From Candidatus Brocadiia bacterium (lineage in GTDB: Bacteria > Planctomycetota > Brocadiia > SM23-32), in assembly GCA_046538485.1 (NCBI GenBank), contig JBKHIT010000016.1, forward strand, positions 1 to 64,000: a stretch of 64,000 nucleotides of DNA. Direction: 5' to 3'. The position numbers were made by a program, and so were the translations under genes. The notes beneath the pieces are model-generated. The model searched no databases. It was given only the letters and a program-made list of their open reading frames with translations, and was not told the DNA's origin. The stretch's first letter is position 1. Each line of letters begins with the position of its first letter. Below, piece after piece: positions 21,101 through 30,446 of the stretch.

Positions 21101-22719
21101 CCGCGATCGGCGTCCGACAGAGCTACGCGCTTGTTCCCTATGTTCGTGCCGGAGGCGGGGTTCTGTTCCTGGGCGGAGAATATTCGTTCGGGAAAGGCCG
21201 TTACGCCCACACCGTGCTTGACCGGAAGATTTTGCCCGTCATCTCCATTCGGCCGCGTGATAACCGTTACGTTCGGGAAGCCCTCCATCTCGAACCGGGT
21301 AAGGATTTCGGTGAACTCGGGGTGGAGTGTGATTTCAGCGCCGAGCCGGCCTTCTGGGCCTGGAACGAAGTGGCCTTGAGGCCGGATTCCAATGTCAAAG
21401 TCTTCCTCAAAGCCGGCAACCGGCCGATTCTTGTGGGCTGGCAAAAAGGCGAGGGCCGGGTGGCCTGCCTGATGGCGATGCATCGGGGACATTCCAACCC
21501 GGAAGCAACAGCTTTTTTTGAATGGAACGACTGGCCGAGTCTTCTTGGCGCTGTTCTGCGCTGGCTTTCACCAAAAGCGTCGGTGGTGCGGGAACGTGAA
21601 GTCGATTTTGACCGGTCGAAGATTGCCGATTTGAAAGACGAACTCGAGGGAGATGTTATGGAGGATCTGATGGGTGTGGGGGACGAGGACAGCGGGGACG
21701 GCGGCCTGACGCTGGGCGGCACCGACGGTGGTTCGGAGGAGTCGAGCAGAACTGCGAAAGCGCTTTCTCAGCAAGAACTTGCGGCCCGCGTATCGCTTCT
21801 CAGGAAGCTGCTCAAGAGGGACGATCCGGAGATTCTTGGTTTAGTCGCCGATCAACTCGCGATGGTGGGCAACCTGCCCGATGAACTTCGGTTCAGCATG
21901 GCTCTGGCTGCCTGTCGACTCAAAACTGATATGCTCGAACAGAAGGCCCGCCAGTGCGTCCAAAAAACCGATCTTACGATACGAGGTTACGGGTACATGT
22001 TGCTCGCCGCATCGGGTTCCGAGGACTTCCCTGAGCTGTTCGACGAACAGGGTAACGCCCCTGAGATTGACCCCGCGAAGCGCCGGCGATATCTTGCGAT
22101 GGCCGTCCCGTTTTATCCGGAAAAGGATCTGATGGCAGAGGCTCGGGATCGTATTGAAAGCTGGAACCGGACCGAGCAGAAGGTGAAACGACGTTACACG
22201 GGGGGAGAAGGCTTTTCAATGGCGGCTCCTGAGGTGCCGTGTCTCGATTCTGAAAGTCTGTTTCGTCGTGTCGGTTGGCTCGCGTACGCTGCCCGTTGGG
22301 ATACCGAGGAATACGCCGCCCAGTTTGCGCGCGAGTGGGCAATGCTCGGACAGTATCGTGACCTGTGCGATCGGACATCGTCTAACCTGTGGGAAGCTCT
22401 CGCCCAGGGGCCTTCGGGGCCGGATGACAGGGCTCGTGTGCGGCGCCGGACTGCTGAGTTAAGGCGCTTTAAAGCTCTGCTCTGCCAGCTTCAACGGGCC
22501 ACACGTCCGCGTCTGGATTCGGTTCTGGAAGCTCGGCCGGAGCTGGTGGCCCGGGGGCTGGCCGGAGGACGGTTCCTCAAGGAGGTAAAACAGACAATCA
22601 ACCTTCTGGGTGATATTCCGGCGGGGGAAGCTCTCCCGATACTACGGATCGTTCGAGAGGCCGAACAGCCTTTGCTGGCGGGGTTTGCTCAAACGCGGCT
22701 GAAGGAGGCGGGACCGTAA
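18166..22719 (+). CDS. large secreted multidomain protein: putative glycoside-hydrolase barrel, GATase1-like (DUF1355-like) domain, helical C-terminus
   Basis: Signal-peptide-like start (GTG after GGGAGG); FGWDGIRWD; VRAGGGVLFLGGEYSFG...PILVGWQKGEGRVA. Confidence 0.65.
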   Translation: MKIRCVGDFALFTLFVAVVWLSRVASAGGQMRPLPPPKWDGPRYEIKGLEGKKVCTVGYPEKESGTLQFRSEKAFSPGLYRLKLRIRPSHVSDAIAWNGALKVRCRTGMVLTPSSWRGFRFARENEPEVKTVDIVLNRETPLEIELVASIGADVFAQAEARKQVKDGAVTPDATLLGDEDEESADVGLTLKLDRAASFYYVLEQAEIQSVSPTAYVKEVNVDKVRYESGDKLKGEVDIVAFNAGARGKLQLFFEHGVQNRTLAKEIDLKLDQGSRRVSVELPLPDRKLGHALVARFIPAEGALAYENAEYFNIADNFYRVAIHFGNPIHRQTFRSEEAMRGGIEKAVRSYANCREIFFWAEEDMVEMSPESDYWFSGQTTYHMSKEGLKRWIDIAHEYGVGVATYGKFIMSGYLGWKTAYDHPFYHKKQYSFPLGMWEGVNVAALDRFKNKEFAGSPPVTEGLFGRNYAGLPFMPINPDPVPHNVRRAAEEVNRSIEMFGWDGIRWDGHPKGAGSWGNSCGGVRNKKYSYTGHRKTQTLVRYFKDIVASKHPGSQHGYNYLHTQGEPFYEWAYEDFELQELCRGGGLLMNESIRKSHGHTFEWMARNLQVEGDLARERGGLLLGISCDHVSDRDTFIESILWFAAGCRPYSGAGENRILNRYATRFSKYVFDETMTRLAGPGKVLRPAQKTQLWWTPFVYETRRHGESSQLVVNLLNLPRKDKVGEKSEPLRLCPGTDPFAFQTTLPESYRVSAAHLIDPFTLRRTEIGLRGKRLEIPSVAIWRVLVLDLKSDEESPTLGELFGPPRTVGVKRENLKVERRRPLTLDPEASEEEVYHAWKKRFPGPENLWWEEKKKYREMSAEKRNQALCEVRKPIEHYLKSYPYGVKLPADLKMKEDPPEFGNMAPLRNGITDIFYGRGAMDYRWGLYGAFAHVDRVRIHEARLKCPHGGKRFDLRENVSARELPRYDVLCYADLPHAAIGVRQSYALVPYVRAGGGVLFLGGEYSFGKGRYAHTVLDRKILPVISIRPRDNRYVREALHLEPGKDFGELGVECDFSAEPAFWAWNEVALRPDSNVKVFLKAGNRPILVGWQKGEGRVACLMAMHRGHSNPEATAFFEWNDWPSLLGAVLRWLSPKASVVREREVDFDRSKIADLKDELEGDVMEDLMGVGDEDSGDGGLTLGGTDGGSEESSRTAKALSQQELAARVSLLRKLLKRDDPEILGLVADQLAMVGNLPDELRFSMALAACRLKTDMLEQKARQCVQKTDLTIRGYGYMLLAASGSEDFPELFDEQGNAPEIDPAKRRRYLAMAVPFYPEKDLMAEARDRIESWNRTEQKVKRRYTGGEGFSMAAPEVPCLDSESLFRRVGWLAYAARWDTEEYAAQFAREWAMLGQYRDLCDRTSSNLWEALAQGPSGPDDRARVRRRTAELRRFKALLCQLQRATRPRLDSVLEARPELVARGLAGGRFLKEVKQTINLLGDIPAGEALPILRIVREAEQPLLAGFAQTRLKEAGP

Positions 22720-22738
22720 CGGGACGGGCAGACTTTTT

Positions 22739-25700
22739 TCACCACTCCTTTTTTTTGGGGACGTTCGGTCTTCGCTCGGGATTGTTCCGCCATGGGTCGG
22801 GCTTGTCGCGGGGAGGAGGGGGGAGCAATTCTTTCAGGTTCCAGACCTTGATTGTCCCTGAGGTTTCGCCGGCCGTTGCCAGAAGACGTCCGTCGGGGGT
22901 AAAGGCAAACGCGGCGACATTATGTCCGGGTTCCCAATCGGCCAGCCTGTCCATTCGTTTGATGTCTCGCAGTTCGACGACGCTCCCGCGGTCGGAGCGC
23001 ACGCCCGCCGAAGCGAGAAGGTGCCTGTCGGGGCTGAACGCCACATACACCGGTTCGTCATGTTCGTAAGAGACGGGCGTCGAGATAAGAGCACCCTTTC
23101 GGGGATCCCAGATCTTTACAGAGCCATCGAGAGATCCGCTTGCCAGCCGGGAACTTTCTGGATGGAAGCTGAGTGAAGTCACGTCAGTGCGATGATGTTT
23201 CATGTACTCTTTGAGGCGGGAGTTTTCGAGGTCCCAGATGGCAATTCGATCTCCTTCTGTTCCGGCCGCCAGCCGACCGTCAGGAGAGACCGCCAGAGTG
23301 CGTCCGTCGAGACGGCCTTTCCCAACAGGTTTCGGCCGCGACTCGCGGATATTCAGCCAGCTGAGGGCGCCATCCCGGCCGAAAAGCAAAGCTTCGCCCC
23401 TGTTTTCGTAGCACAAGCTTTTCCCTTTGGACTGGAAAGACCACTCGCGGAGCGATTTCCCGGAGTCGCCGTCCCGGAGCCTGATAGTTGTGTTTCTTGC
23501 TTTTGGGTTGGAAGTCAGGGTTGCGAAGCGGTCATTGCGTGGGTTGATATCGAATCCCTGGAGTGGTTTTGGAAAAGGGCCTATCTCAAACACCTTATCC
23601 CCTGTGTCGATATTCCATTTTTGGACAACGCTTTTTTTGAAATCTGCGTGGAAAAGGTGGACGCTGTCGTTGCTGAACTTGAGAGCGACGCTCCCTCCAC
23701 CTGGCAGTCCAGTTCGGATTATTCTCCTGCAGCCGTGGGGCATGTCTTCCGGGCTTTGAGTATCCTGCGGCGTTTCACCGAAAAGTGTTATTTCCGGAAG
23801 AGGGCCCTGATCGGGATCCGTGCCATAGGTCCAGAGACATAGTTCTGTATCCCGCACATCGACCAGATAAGTACCTTTTTGGCTGAAAGCGATGGGCCCA
23901 TCGTGATCCGGAAGGTCTCTTACCAGGTCTGCGGTGGAGGGATCCCAGATCTTGAGTCCGCCGTCGTTGCCGGCCGCGGCCAGGTATTTCCCATCGGGGC
24001 TCAGGGAAATCCAGCGGGCGGGACGGTCTTCGTCATCGATGAGACGGTAGTTTTTTGCCCCTCGGCTTCGGGCCCACAGTTTCCCAGTTTTTGTGCTGAA
24101 GGCTACGGTTTTTGAAGAGTGTTCGAGAGCGATACAGACAACTGGCGAGTTGCACTCATGTTCGCTGAGGATGTTTCCGGAGGAGACGTCGCGGAACTTC
24201 ACCTTTCCGTCCTCGCCACCGGTCACGATAATTCTTCCGTCATGACTGAAAGCAAGGGATCGCACGGTTCCTTCGTGGCCGTGCAGGAGACGCGGACGGT
24301 TTCGGGCGCCCAGATTCAACAGCTCCACGGTGCCGCGGGAACCAGCAATGGCCAGCCACTTCGATTCAGGGCGGAACGCGAGGTCGGCGACGGGTTGTGG
24401 TTCTCTGGTAAGAGTTTCAACCACTCTGGCGTTTCTCGCGTCCCAGAGTTTAACTTTTCCGTCTTTCCCGCAACTGGCCAGCAGCTGGCCGTCCGGGCTG
24501 AAAGCGAGAGTCAAAACCAGATCCATATGTTCTTTTTCAGCTGCGATCTGTCCTCGATCGAGGGAGAAGAAATGGATTGTACCATCGGGAGTTGCCGCTG
24601 CGAGGATCCCGGAGCCGGAATGAAGCGCCACGGCCGAGGCGGCTGTTTTGAGGTGGTAGTCGTAAACGCGATCGTGAGAGGTCTCCAGTCGCCAGCTTCT
24701 CAGGAGTTTGAGCCGGAAGTTCCGTCCGGCGACGCTGGTGGTCCGGTCCAATTGGCGGCGGCATTTCTCAAGTTTTTGTTCTACCTCGTGGCGGTCCGGG
24801 GGAGGGGGGTCCATTTCGTCGGCAAGGGTAAGCGCGTATTTAAAAATACGGGCGGCCTCATCCAGCTCGCCCCTCGCCATTGCGTCTTCGCCATCTCGGA
24901 TTTCTTTCCGAAATTGTTTGAGCCTATCCTCTCTGGGTTTTTCTTCTTTGAGGTTTTCCCGCACGTACGCCAGCCGACCGAGAAGGTCTCTGTAGTCGGC
25001 CGGACGTTTTTTCATCTGGTCGGCGATCTCCAGGGATTCGGTATAGGCCCTTGCGGCTCTTTCCCAGTCTCTTTCACTGGCCAGGCGCATGGCTTCGGCG
25101 CGCTTTTTTCTGTATCTTGGGCCAAGGTCCTCTTCGGGCAGATCCGAGAGGATCCGCGCGATCGCTCGCCTGGTAGTTTCCGGATCATCGGCCAGTGGTC
25201 TTGCCCGTCGATAAAGTTCCAGTGCTCTGGCCATATCGCCGCTTTTTTCGGCATCTTCAGCGTCGCGAACCAGCGCCGCGTACTCTTCCCGTTGGCCCGT
25301 CCCGCCAGGGGGTCGGCCGCGGCTGGTGTAGAGGTATGCGATTACCGCGAAGACAATTAAGGCGGCAGCGAAAATTGCCACCGTGGCGACCAGCAGTTTC
25401 GATTTTTTAGAGATACCTGTGGGTCGCTCAGGATCGGCTTTTGCTGGCGCGGTTTTCCCGGCTGTTTGGGAGGGCGGTGCCGTAGAGGTTCCTGCCCGGG
25501 CGGTGTTCTGGAGCGGTTTTCCGCTGAGGATAGCTTCGATTCTCGCGACGGTTTTCTTGCAGTTTGGCATACGCGCATCCGGATCTTTGGCCGTCATGCT
25601 GCGAATCAGGTCAGCGGTTGCGTTCCCGACCGCTGGATTGATCTTCTGGGGATCGGGCAGAGGTTCGTTAACGTGCTGGTAGAGGATGTTCATCGGGGTG

Positions 25701-26557
25701 TCGCCGGTGAATGGTTGTTCCCCGCAGACCATATGGAACAGGGTCACGCCGAGCGAGTAGATATCAGTGCGGTTATCGATATTCTTGGATCCCTGGCACT
25801 GTTCGGGAGACATGTAGCCGGGTGTCCCGGGCGAGGTTCCTGTTTTCGTCAACGACAACATGCTGTCGGATCCACCGACGCGTTTTGCCAGGCCGAGGTC
25901 AGCCACCTTGACGGTGCCGTCGGAGCTGACCAGGATGTTGGCGGGTTTGATATCCCGGTGAATGATCCCTTTTTCGTGGGCTCGGGCGAGTGCTTTTGCG
26001 ACATCCCGGGTAATACGAAGGGCTTCTTTTTGTTCCAGCGGCCCTTCCTCCAGCAGTTCGCTGGCGGAGACCCCTTCCACGTATTCCATCACGATGAAGT
26101 GGCGTCCGCCTTCTTCGCCGACATCATAGATTTGGACGGCATTGGGGTGGGAAATTTGGGCGGCGAGTTTTGCTTCCCTTTCGAAGCGGCCCACGTACAT
26201 CTCGTCCCGTGCCAGTTCGCCGGGGAGCACTTTGATGGCGACCGTTCGCTCAAGCGAGATTTGTTTTCCCCGGTACACGGCGCCCATTCCTCCCGCACCG
26301 ATCTTGCCGAGAATTTCGTATCCGGCCAGTTTAGGGTGAATGCCGCGTTTGCGCATCTCACGCCTGATCTGACGGCACTGGTCTCTGTCGAGGTAACCTT
26401 TATCCCGGGCAATGCGGGGGAGACTGTGTCCGGAGAGTCCCTTTTCGCGCAACTCCCGGGCGAGTTCCCGGCACTCATCCAACTGCTCGGATGTGATATG
26501 TCCCAGTTCAACCGCAAGTTCGCCGAATACTTTTTCGGGCTTTTTACCGGGCATCAC
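22739..26557 (-). CDS. Ser/Thr protein kinase with TM helix, TPR-like helices and WD40 repeats
   Basis: GAGGMGAVY, VAIK, HRDIKPAN, DLG, GTPGYMSPE; many AFSPDG..LAS...VKLWD repeats. Confidence 0.93.
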   Translation of the reverse strand: MMPGKKPEKVFGELAVELGHITSEQLDECRELARELREKGLSGHSLPRIARDKGYLDRDQCRQIRREMRKRGIHPKLAGYEILGKIGAGGMGAVYRGKQISLERTVAIKVLPGELARDEMYVGRFEREAKLAAQISHPNAVQIYDVGEEGGRHFIVMEYVEGVSASELLEEGPLEQKEALRITRDVAKALARAHEKGIIHRDIKPANILVSSDGTVKVADLGLAKRVGGSDSMLSLTKTGTSPGTPGYMSPEQCQGSKNIDNRTDIYSLGVTLFHMVCGEQPFTGDTPMNILYQHVNEPLPDPQKINPAVGNATADLIRSMTAKDPDARMPNCKKTVARIEAILSGKPLQNTARAGTSTAPPSQTAGKTAPAKADPERPTGISKKSKLLVATVAIFAAALIVFAVIAYLYTSRGRPPGGTGQREEYAALVRDAEDAEKSGDMARALELYRRARPLADDPETTRRAIARILSDLPEEDLGPRYRKKRAEAMRLASERDWERAARAYTESLEIADQMKKRPADYRDLLGRLAYVRENLKEEKPREDRLKQFRKEIRDGEDAMARGELDEAARIFKYALTLADEMDPPPPDRHEVEQKLEKCRRQLDRTTSVAGRNFRLKLLRSWRLETSHDRVYDYHLKTAASAVALHSGSGILAAATPDGTIHFFSLDRGQIAAEKEHMDLVLTLAFSPDGQLLASCGKDGKVKLWDARNARVVETLTREPQPVADLAFRPESKWLAIAGSRGTVELLNLGARNRPRLLHGHEGTVRSLAFSHDGRIIVTGGEDGKVKFRDVSSGNILSEHECNSPVVCIALEHSSKTVAFSTKTGKLWARSRGAKNYRLIDDEDRPARWISLSPDGKYLAAAGNDGGLKIWDPSTADLVRDLPDHDGPIAFSQKGTYLVDVRDTELCLWTYGTDPDQGPLPEITLFGETPQDTQSPEDMPHGCRRIIRTGLPGGGSVALKFSNDSVHLFHADFKKSVVQKWNIDTGDKVFEIGPFPKPLQGFDINPRNDRFATLTSNPKARNTTIRLRDGDSGKSLREWSFQSKGKSLCYENRGEALLFGRDGALSWLNIRESRPKPVGKGRLDGRTLAVSPDGRLAAGTEGDRIAIWDLENSRLKEYMKHHRTDVTSLSFHPESSRLASGSLDGSVKIWDPRKGALISTPVSYEHDEPVYVAFSPDRHLLASAGVRSDRGSVVELRDIKRMDRLADWEPGHNVAAFAFTPDGRLLATAGETSGTIKVWNLKELLPPPPRDKPDPWRNNPERRPNVPKKKEW

Positions 26558-26635
26558 AACTCCCCCTGAAAATATGTGAGAACCATCCTGATGGTATCGA
26601 GAACGCCGCCGTTCATCAAGAAACAGGGCGCGTTC

Positions 26636-27985
26636 TTATGAATTGCCTATGACCAACAGATGGACGTGCTCGGTCTCCGGAAGGGAGAAACGTCCTTCGG
26701 GGCCGTCGTGGGACCCGACGGTGGCAATGATCTCCTCGCGCCCATCGCCGTCCACATCGTCAATGACAATCGGGAAACAGTCGGAGTGGCCGGGCCATTT
26801 GTGCCAGCAAGCCGGCGAGCCGTTGCGATTCAGAACGTGAAGGGAACATTCTTCTGGACCTTGTTTGTAGTGATAGTCCCCTCCGGTGCCACCGCAGACG
26901 ATCTCCTGTTCCCCGTCGGAGTCCCAGTCGAGATGCCCCGCCACCATGAGGTCAACCGGGAGCTTCAGACCCCAGACCACCTCCAGATCGTGGTTCAATC
27001 GCAGAAGCTTTGAATCGGCCGCCCGAATATTCGATGCAATGAGTTCCGGGGGATTCGTCCGCGGCAGGACAGAAAACCACTGCAGATGGCTCGCCACATC
27101 TTTTGGATAATCGGCTTCCTGGACCAGTTCTCCCCGGCAGCTATAGATTTTTACCCCCCTGGTGCCGTTGAGGTAAATGATTTCGCGACCCTCGCGGGAA
27201 GTGTCCCAGTTACAGACCCAGAGATGATCGGGATGGCCGCCCTCCCCCGGTGAAGGGAGACTGAAAAGTCGGGCCCCGTCGTTGTCAAACCATACAACTT
27301 GCTTTTCCCCGCAGCATCCGATCTCGCAGTATCCATCATTATCGATATCGAATGGCCAGGTGTAATGACCGGCAGAGTTGCGGGGGGCGTACTCTTCACA
27401 AATAAATTCGGTTTCTCCGCGATGGTTCAGCACGAGCAGTGATGGTTTGACCATGTGGTTGTAGCGCGGACGTTCGCCGCCGTAGGATTCACGTTCCACT
27501 TTTTCGGCCACTGTCAGCGCGATATTTTTCCCCGGCCCCGGTGCGATTTTTCGTACTTTCAGACTGGAGTTATTGATCAGATAATCGAGTCTTCGGTGCC
27601 ATTTCAGCGAGCCATCAGTGGCATCGAGACAGATGACATCCCCCTGATAGGATGCGAGCAGAACTTCCGGTGTTCCATCTTCATCGAGATCGCCGACGTC
27701 TATATCACTGATCTGGACGGATTCTTCTGGTGGTGGAGCAATATCGGGACTTACCCAGATTGTCGAAGCATCCGAAAGTCGCATGGCGCGCGCCCGATTG
27801 GCATTCATAGTGCGCGTTATAATCTCCGGTTTGCCGTCCCCGTCGATATCCTGTACGAAACCGTGTCGCAGCATTTCACGCTCGCCGTGAATCTCCATGA
27901 GGTTGAAATCATTCTGTATGCAACCGCATCCAAAACCTTCGTTGTAATCCGGCACATCTTCCGGGTTCCACTCCACGAGTTCCAT
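26636..27985 (-). CDS. FG-GAP/beta-propeller repeat protein
   Basis: Repeated DxDxDG..EI motifs (DIDGDGKPEI, DLDEDGTPEV, DIDNDGYCEI, DVDGDGREEI); ATG 27985 after AAGGA. Confidence 0.8.
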   Translation of the reverse strand: MELVEWNPEDVPDYNEGFGCGCIQNDFNLMEIHGEREMLRHGFVQDIDGDGKPEIITRTMNANRARAMRLSDASTIWVSPDIAPPPEESVQISDIDVGDLDEDGTPEVLLASYQGDVICLDATDGSLKWHRRLDYLINNSSLKVRKIAPGPGKNIALTVAEKVERESYGGERPRYNHMVKPSLLVLNHRGETEFICEEYAPRNSAGHYTWPFDIDNDGYCEIGCCGEKQVVWFDNDGARLFSLPSPGEGGHPDHLWVCNWDTSREGREIIYLNGTRGVKIYSCRGELVQEADYPKDVASHLQWFSVLPRTNPPELIASNIRAADSKLLRLNHDLEVVWGLKLPVDLMVAGHLDWDSDGEQEIVCGGTGGDYHYKQGPEECSLHVLNRNGSPACWHKWPGHSDCFPIVIDDVDGDGREEIIATVGSHDGPEGRFSLPETEHVHLLVIGNS

Positions 27986-28006
27986 TGTTTGATTCCTTTG
28001 AAACAA

Positions 28007-28756
28007 TTATTCCAGCCAGTTGCTCAAATCACGTCCTGTGAGATCTTCCAGATGGCGGATGTCGGGCGCAAATACGTCTCGCAGCTCGGACAGGAACTCG
28101 GAATCCAGAGATTTCACGTCGGCATCTTCGGCGTCGGGGTTGATGTCCTGATCGATGAGCGGAGTTTCAAGGTTGCCTTTGACCTCCAGGAAATCGTAAA
28201 ACCGGCGCAGGAAGCCTCCTGGATCGTCGCAGAGATCATCGTAGAACATCACGCAGACCTGCTCGCGCGGGAAGAATTCGTAGATTGCCTCCAGGTGGCG
28301 TGCGTAAAATCGCGGGTCCATGTAAAGCCGAAACCACGAGTGCCCGTGGTGATGAAGGCATTTTTCCAGGGGAATTCCAATGCCTTTTCGAGCGTTAAAA
28401 CCATACGGTTTGTCTTTCAGGTGAATGTGAGCCCAGGCCAGATACAGCGCTTCGATCGGTTGCCGTAGAGTCAATGTCAGTTTGACATCGGGGATATGGC
28501 GCGCGATGCGTTCGAGGGCGGGACGGTAGCACATGTATGAATTGCTGAACTCTCCAACGGCTTTTTCCTCGCCGACGTCGGCAAAATATGTTTCGCGATA
28601 CCAGTCCAATCCTCTGTGGTAGTGGACAGTGAAAAAATTCACGTTATCCGGTGTTTCGGGGACATAAATTTCGTCGTTTTCCCTGCAGATCGAATACAGC
28701 CAGCTGGAAGCGGATTTACTGGCTCCGATATGCAGGAAGTTCGGTAATTGAGGCAT
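28007..28756 (-). CDS. sulfotransferase family protein
   Basis: PNFLHIGASKSASSWL 5'-PSB loop, GLDWY, LRQP, LEDLTGRDLSNW C-terminus. Confidence 0.85.
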   Translation of the reverse strand: MPQLPNFLHIGASKSASSWLYSICRENDEIYVPETPDNVNFFTVHYHRGLDWYRETYFADVGEEKAVGEFSNSYMCYRPALERIARHIPDVKLTLTLRQPIEALYLAWAHIHLKDKPYGFNARKGIGIPLEKCLHHHGHSWFRLYMDPRFYARHLEAIYEFFPREQVCVMFYDDLCDDPGGFLRRFYDFLEVKGNLETPLIDQDINPDAEDADVKSLDSEFLSELRDVFAPDIRHLEDLTGRDLSNWLE

Positions 28757-29179
28757 TCTTGGATCTCCTGATGAACCGGATCAGATTCCTTAGAATTATT
28801 CCGCTGAGCACAACATGGCCTTCCAATATAACGGCAAACCATGTCCGTTGCAGTGAGAAACGAATTCTGCTCCGTTTGCCGCCGAGAAACGAATCGAGTG
28901 TGGAGGCCCGTCTTGCGGAACGGCAGGGCGCGCTCGGCGATTTTCGGGATGTGAAAGGAGAATGTAGAAAGGAGTCCGCAGAGGAGAGCGCTTTATTGAG
29001 CATTTTGTTTTGTGGAAACTTCTTTTTTTGCTGTATGTCCTCTCTCCTCTCTACTTTCTCCTTACTTTCTCCTGCTCTAACGATTTCATCTTCGCAAAAT
29101 GAAATCGGTTGCCCTAAATCGTATGTAGCGTCCCGGATACGTGAGGGCAAGCTATATTCCGGGAAGTCTCAAAAACCAG

Positions 29180-29622
29180 AAACGGCTGCGATTTCGGAAC
29201 ATGCCCGAGAGCTATAGGTCCGCTTCGCCGAGGCGGACCTGCCGTTAGTATTGCCCCGCAGTCGTGGGGCTGGCCAAACACCGTGCCAGCGCTCTGCGGC
29301 CAAATTAACAGGTTTTCGCACCGCGTTCTGAACTCCAGCGCCGCGTGGCGGTTCTGAAGTCCAGTCCGCTCCGGGGAAATGGAGACTCGAGTTCAGCTGA
29401 GTCCGCAATGGCGGAGGAAGCGGGACCTGAGGCGGACGAAACTTGGAAAATGGCAACTCGGACGAAACTGCCCGCGTTCTGAACTCCAGCACTGCAGGAG
29501 CGGTTCTGAAGTCCAGTCCGCTGCGGGCCCAATCTTCTTCACCCACGGGACGAGCCCGTGGGGGCCGAAAGCCAGCTGGGAGGGCGGTTTACAAACGCAT
29601 GTAGCACAGGCTCTCCAGCCTG
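29180..29622. repeat. composite REP/MITE-like repeat cluster A
   Basis: Palindrome AGGTCCGC..GCGGACCT (29216-29240); CTGAA(C/G)TCCAG motifs at 29328, 29354, 29479 and 29506; GTAGCACAGGCTCTCCAGC at 29601; homologous in reverse to 36289-36784. Confidence 0.8.
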
Positions 29623-29973
29623 GGGACCGGGGCGCGAGCCCCGGAGCTGTTGTGGCCGGGATTTGTGGTCAGGCGTGTTCCAAGCTCCAGCCCACCCCGG
29701 AGAACGGAGTGAAGTGAACCCGGGGGAGATGTGACGTATCGAGAATACGGGAGTCCCGAAGGGCCGAGGCAACCGAATACACATTGAGGGCAATAGGAAA
29801 AACGCGTAAACGTAACCGGCTCCGGAACTTCTGCGTCAACCCTTCGGGGTTGGGAAATTATGTGGCATGTCCGGGATCCCGGGGCTTGCCCGAACAACGG
29901 GTGCTTTCGCCGTAAGGCGCACCGAACTCTGCCATTCACCGTAATCACAGAGGGCGGCAAATGTCTTTGGATT

Positions 29974-30438
29974 TCAACTCCCCCGCTCTTGTTCTTCCCT
30001 CTCCAGCTGCTTGAGTTTCTGCAACCGTCGGCGATGGCGTTCTTCGCCGGTGAACCGGGCTTCCAGAAACGCTCGGACGAGATCCCACGCCAGTTCCGGT
30101 CCCACCACCCGTCCCCCGAGACATATTATATTCATATCGTCATGCTCAACGCCCTGGTGCGCGCTGTATTCTTCGGTAATGAGAGCGGCGCGTACGCCCT
30201 TCACTTTGTTAGCGGCGACGCATGCTCCCACGCCGCTACCGCAGATTACAATGCCCCGATCAACTTCGCCGCTGCCCACCGCCCGTGCCAGGGGCGCCGC
30301 AAGATCCGGATAGTCGTCATCGGGATCGCAGTCTTCCGGGCCGAAATCTTTGACTTCGTAGTTTTCCTGCCGAAGTCGGCGGAGGAGCTCGTTTTTCAGT
30401 TCGAATCCACCGTGGTCTGCCGCAATTCCGACCAGCAT
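29974..30438 (-). CDS. rpiB: ribose-5-phosphate isomerase B
   Basis: ADHGGFELK, DYPD, CGSGVG, ANKVKGVRAA, RHRRRL. Confidence 0.93.
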   Translation of the reverse strand: MLVGIAADHGGFELKNELLRRLRQENYEVKDFGPEDCDPDDDYPDLAAPLARAVGSGEVDRGIVICGSGVGACVAANKVKGVRAALITEEYSAHQGVEHDDMNIICLGGRVVGPELAWDLVRAFLEARFTGEERHRRRLQKLKQLEREEQERGS

Positions 30439-30446
30439 TTTGGACC

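Noticed and set aside
26636..28756. Stop-codon readthrough fusing the sulfotransferase and FG-GAP ORFs (same frame)
   Set aside because: The stop is TAA, and the downstream gene has its own AAGGA RBS and ATG at 27985.
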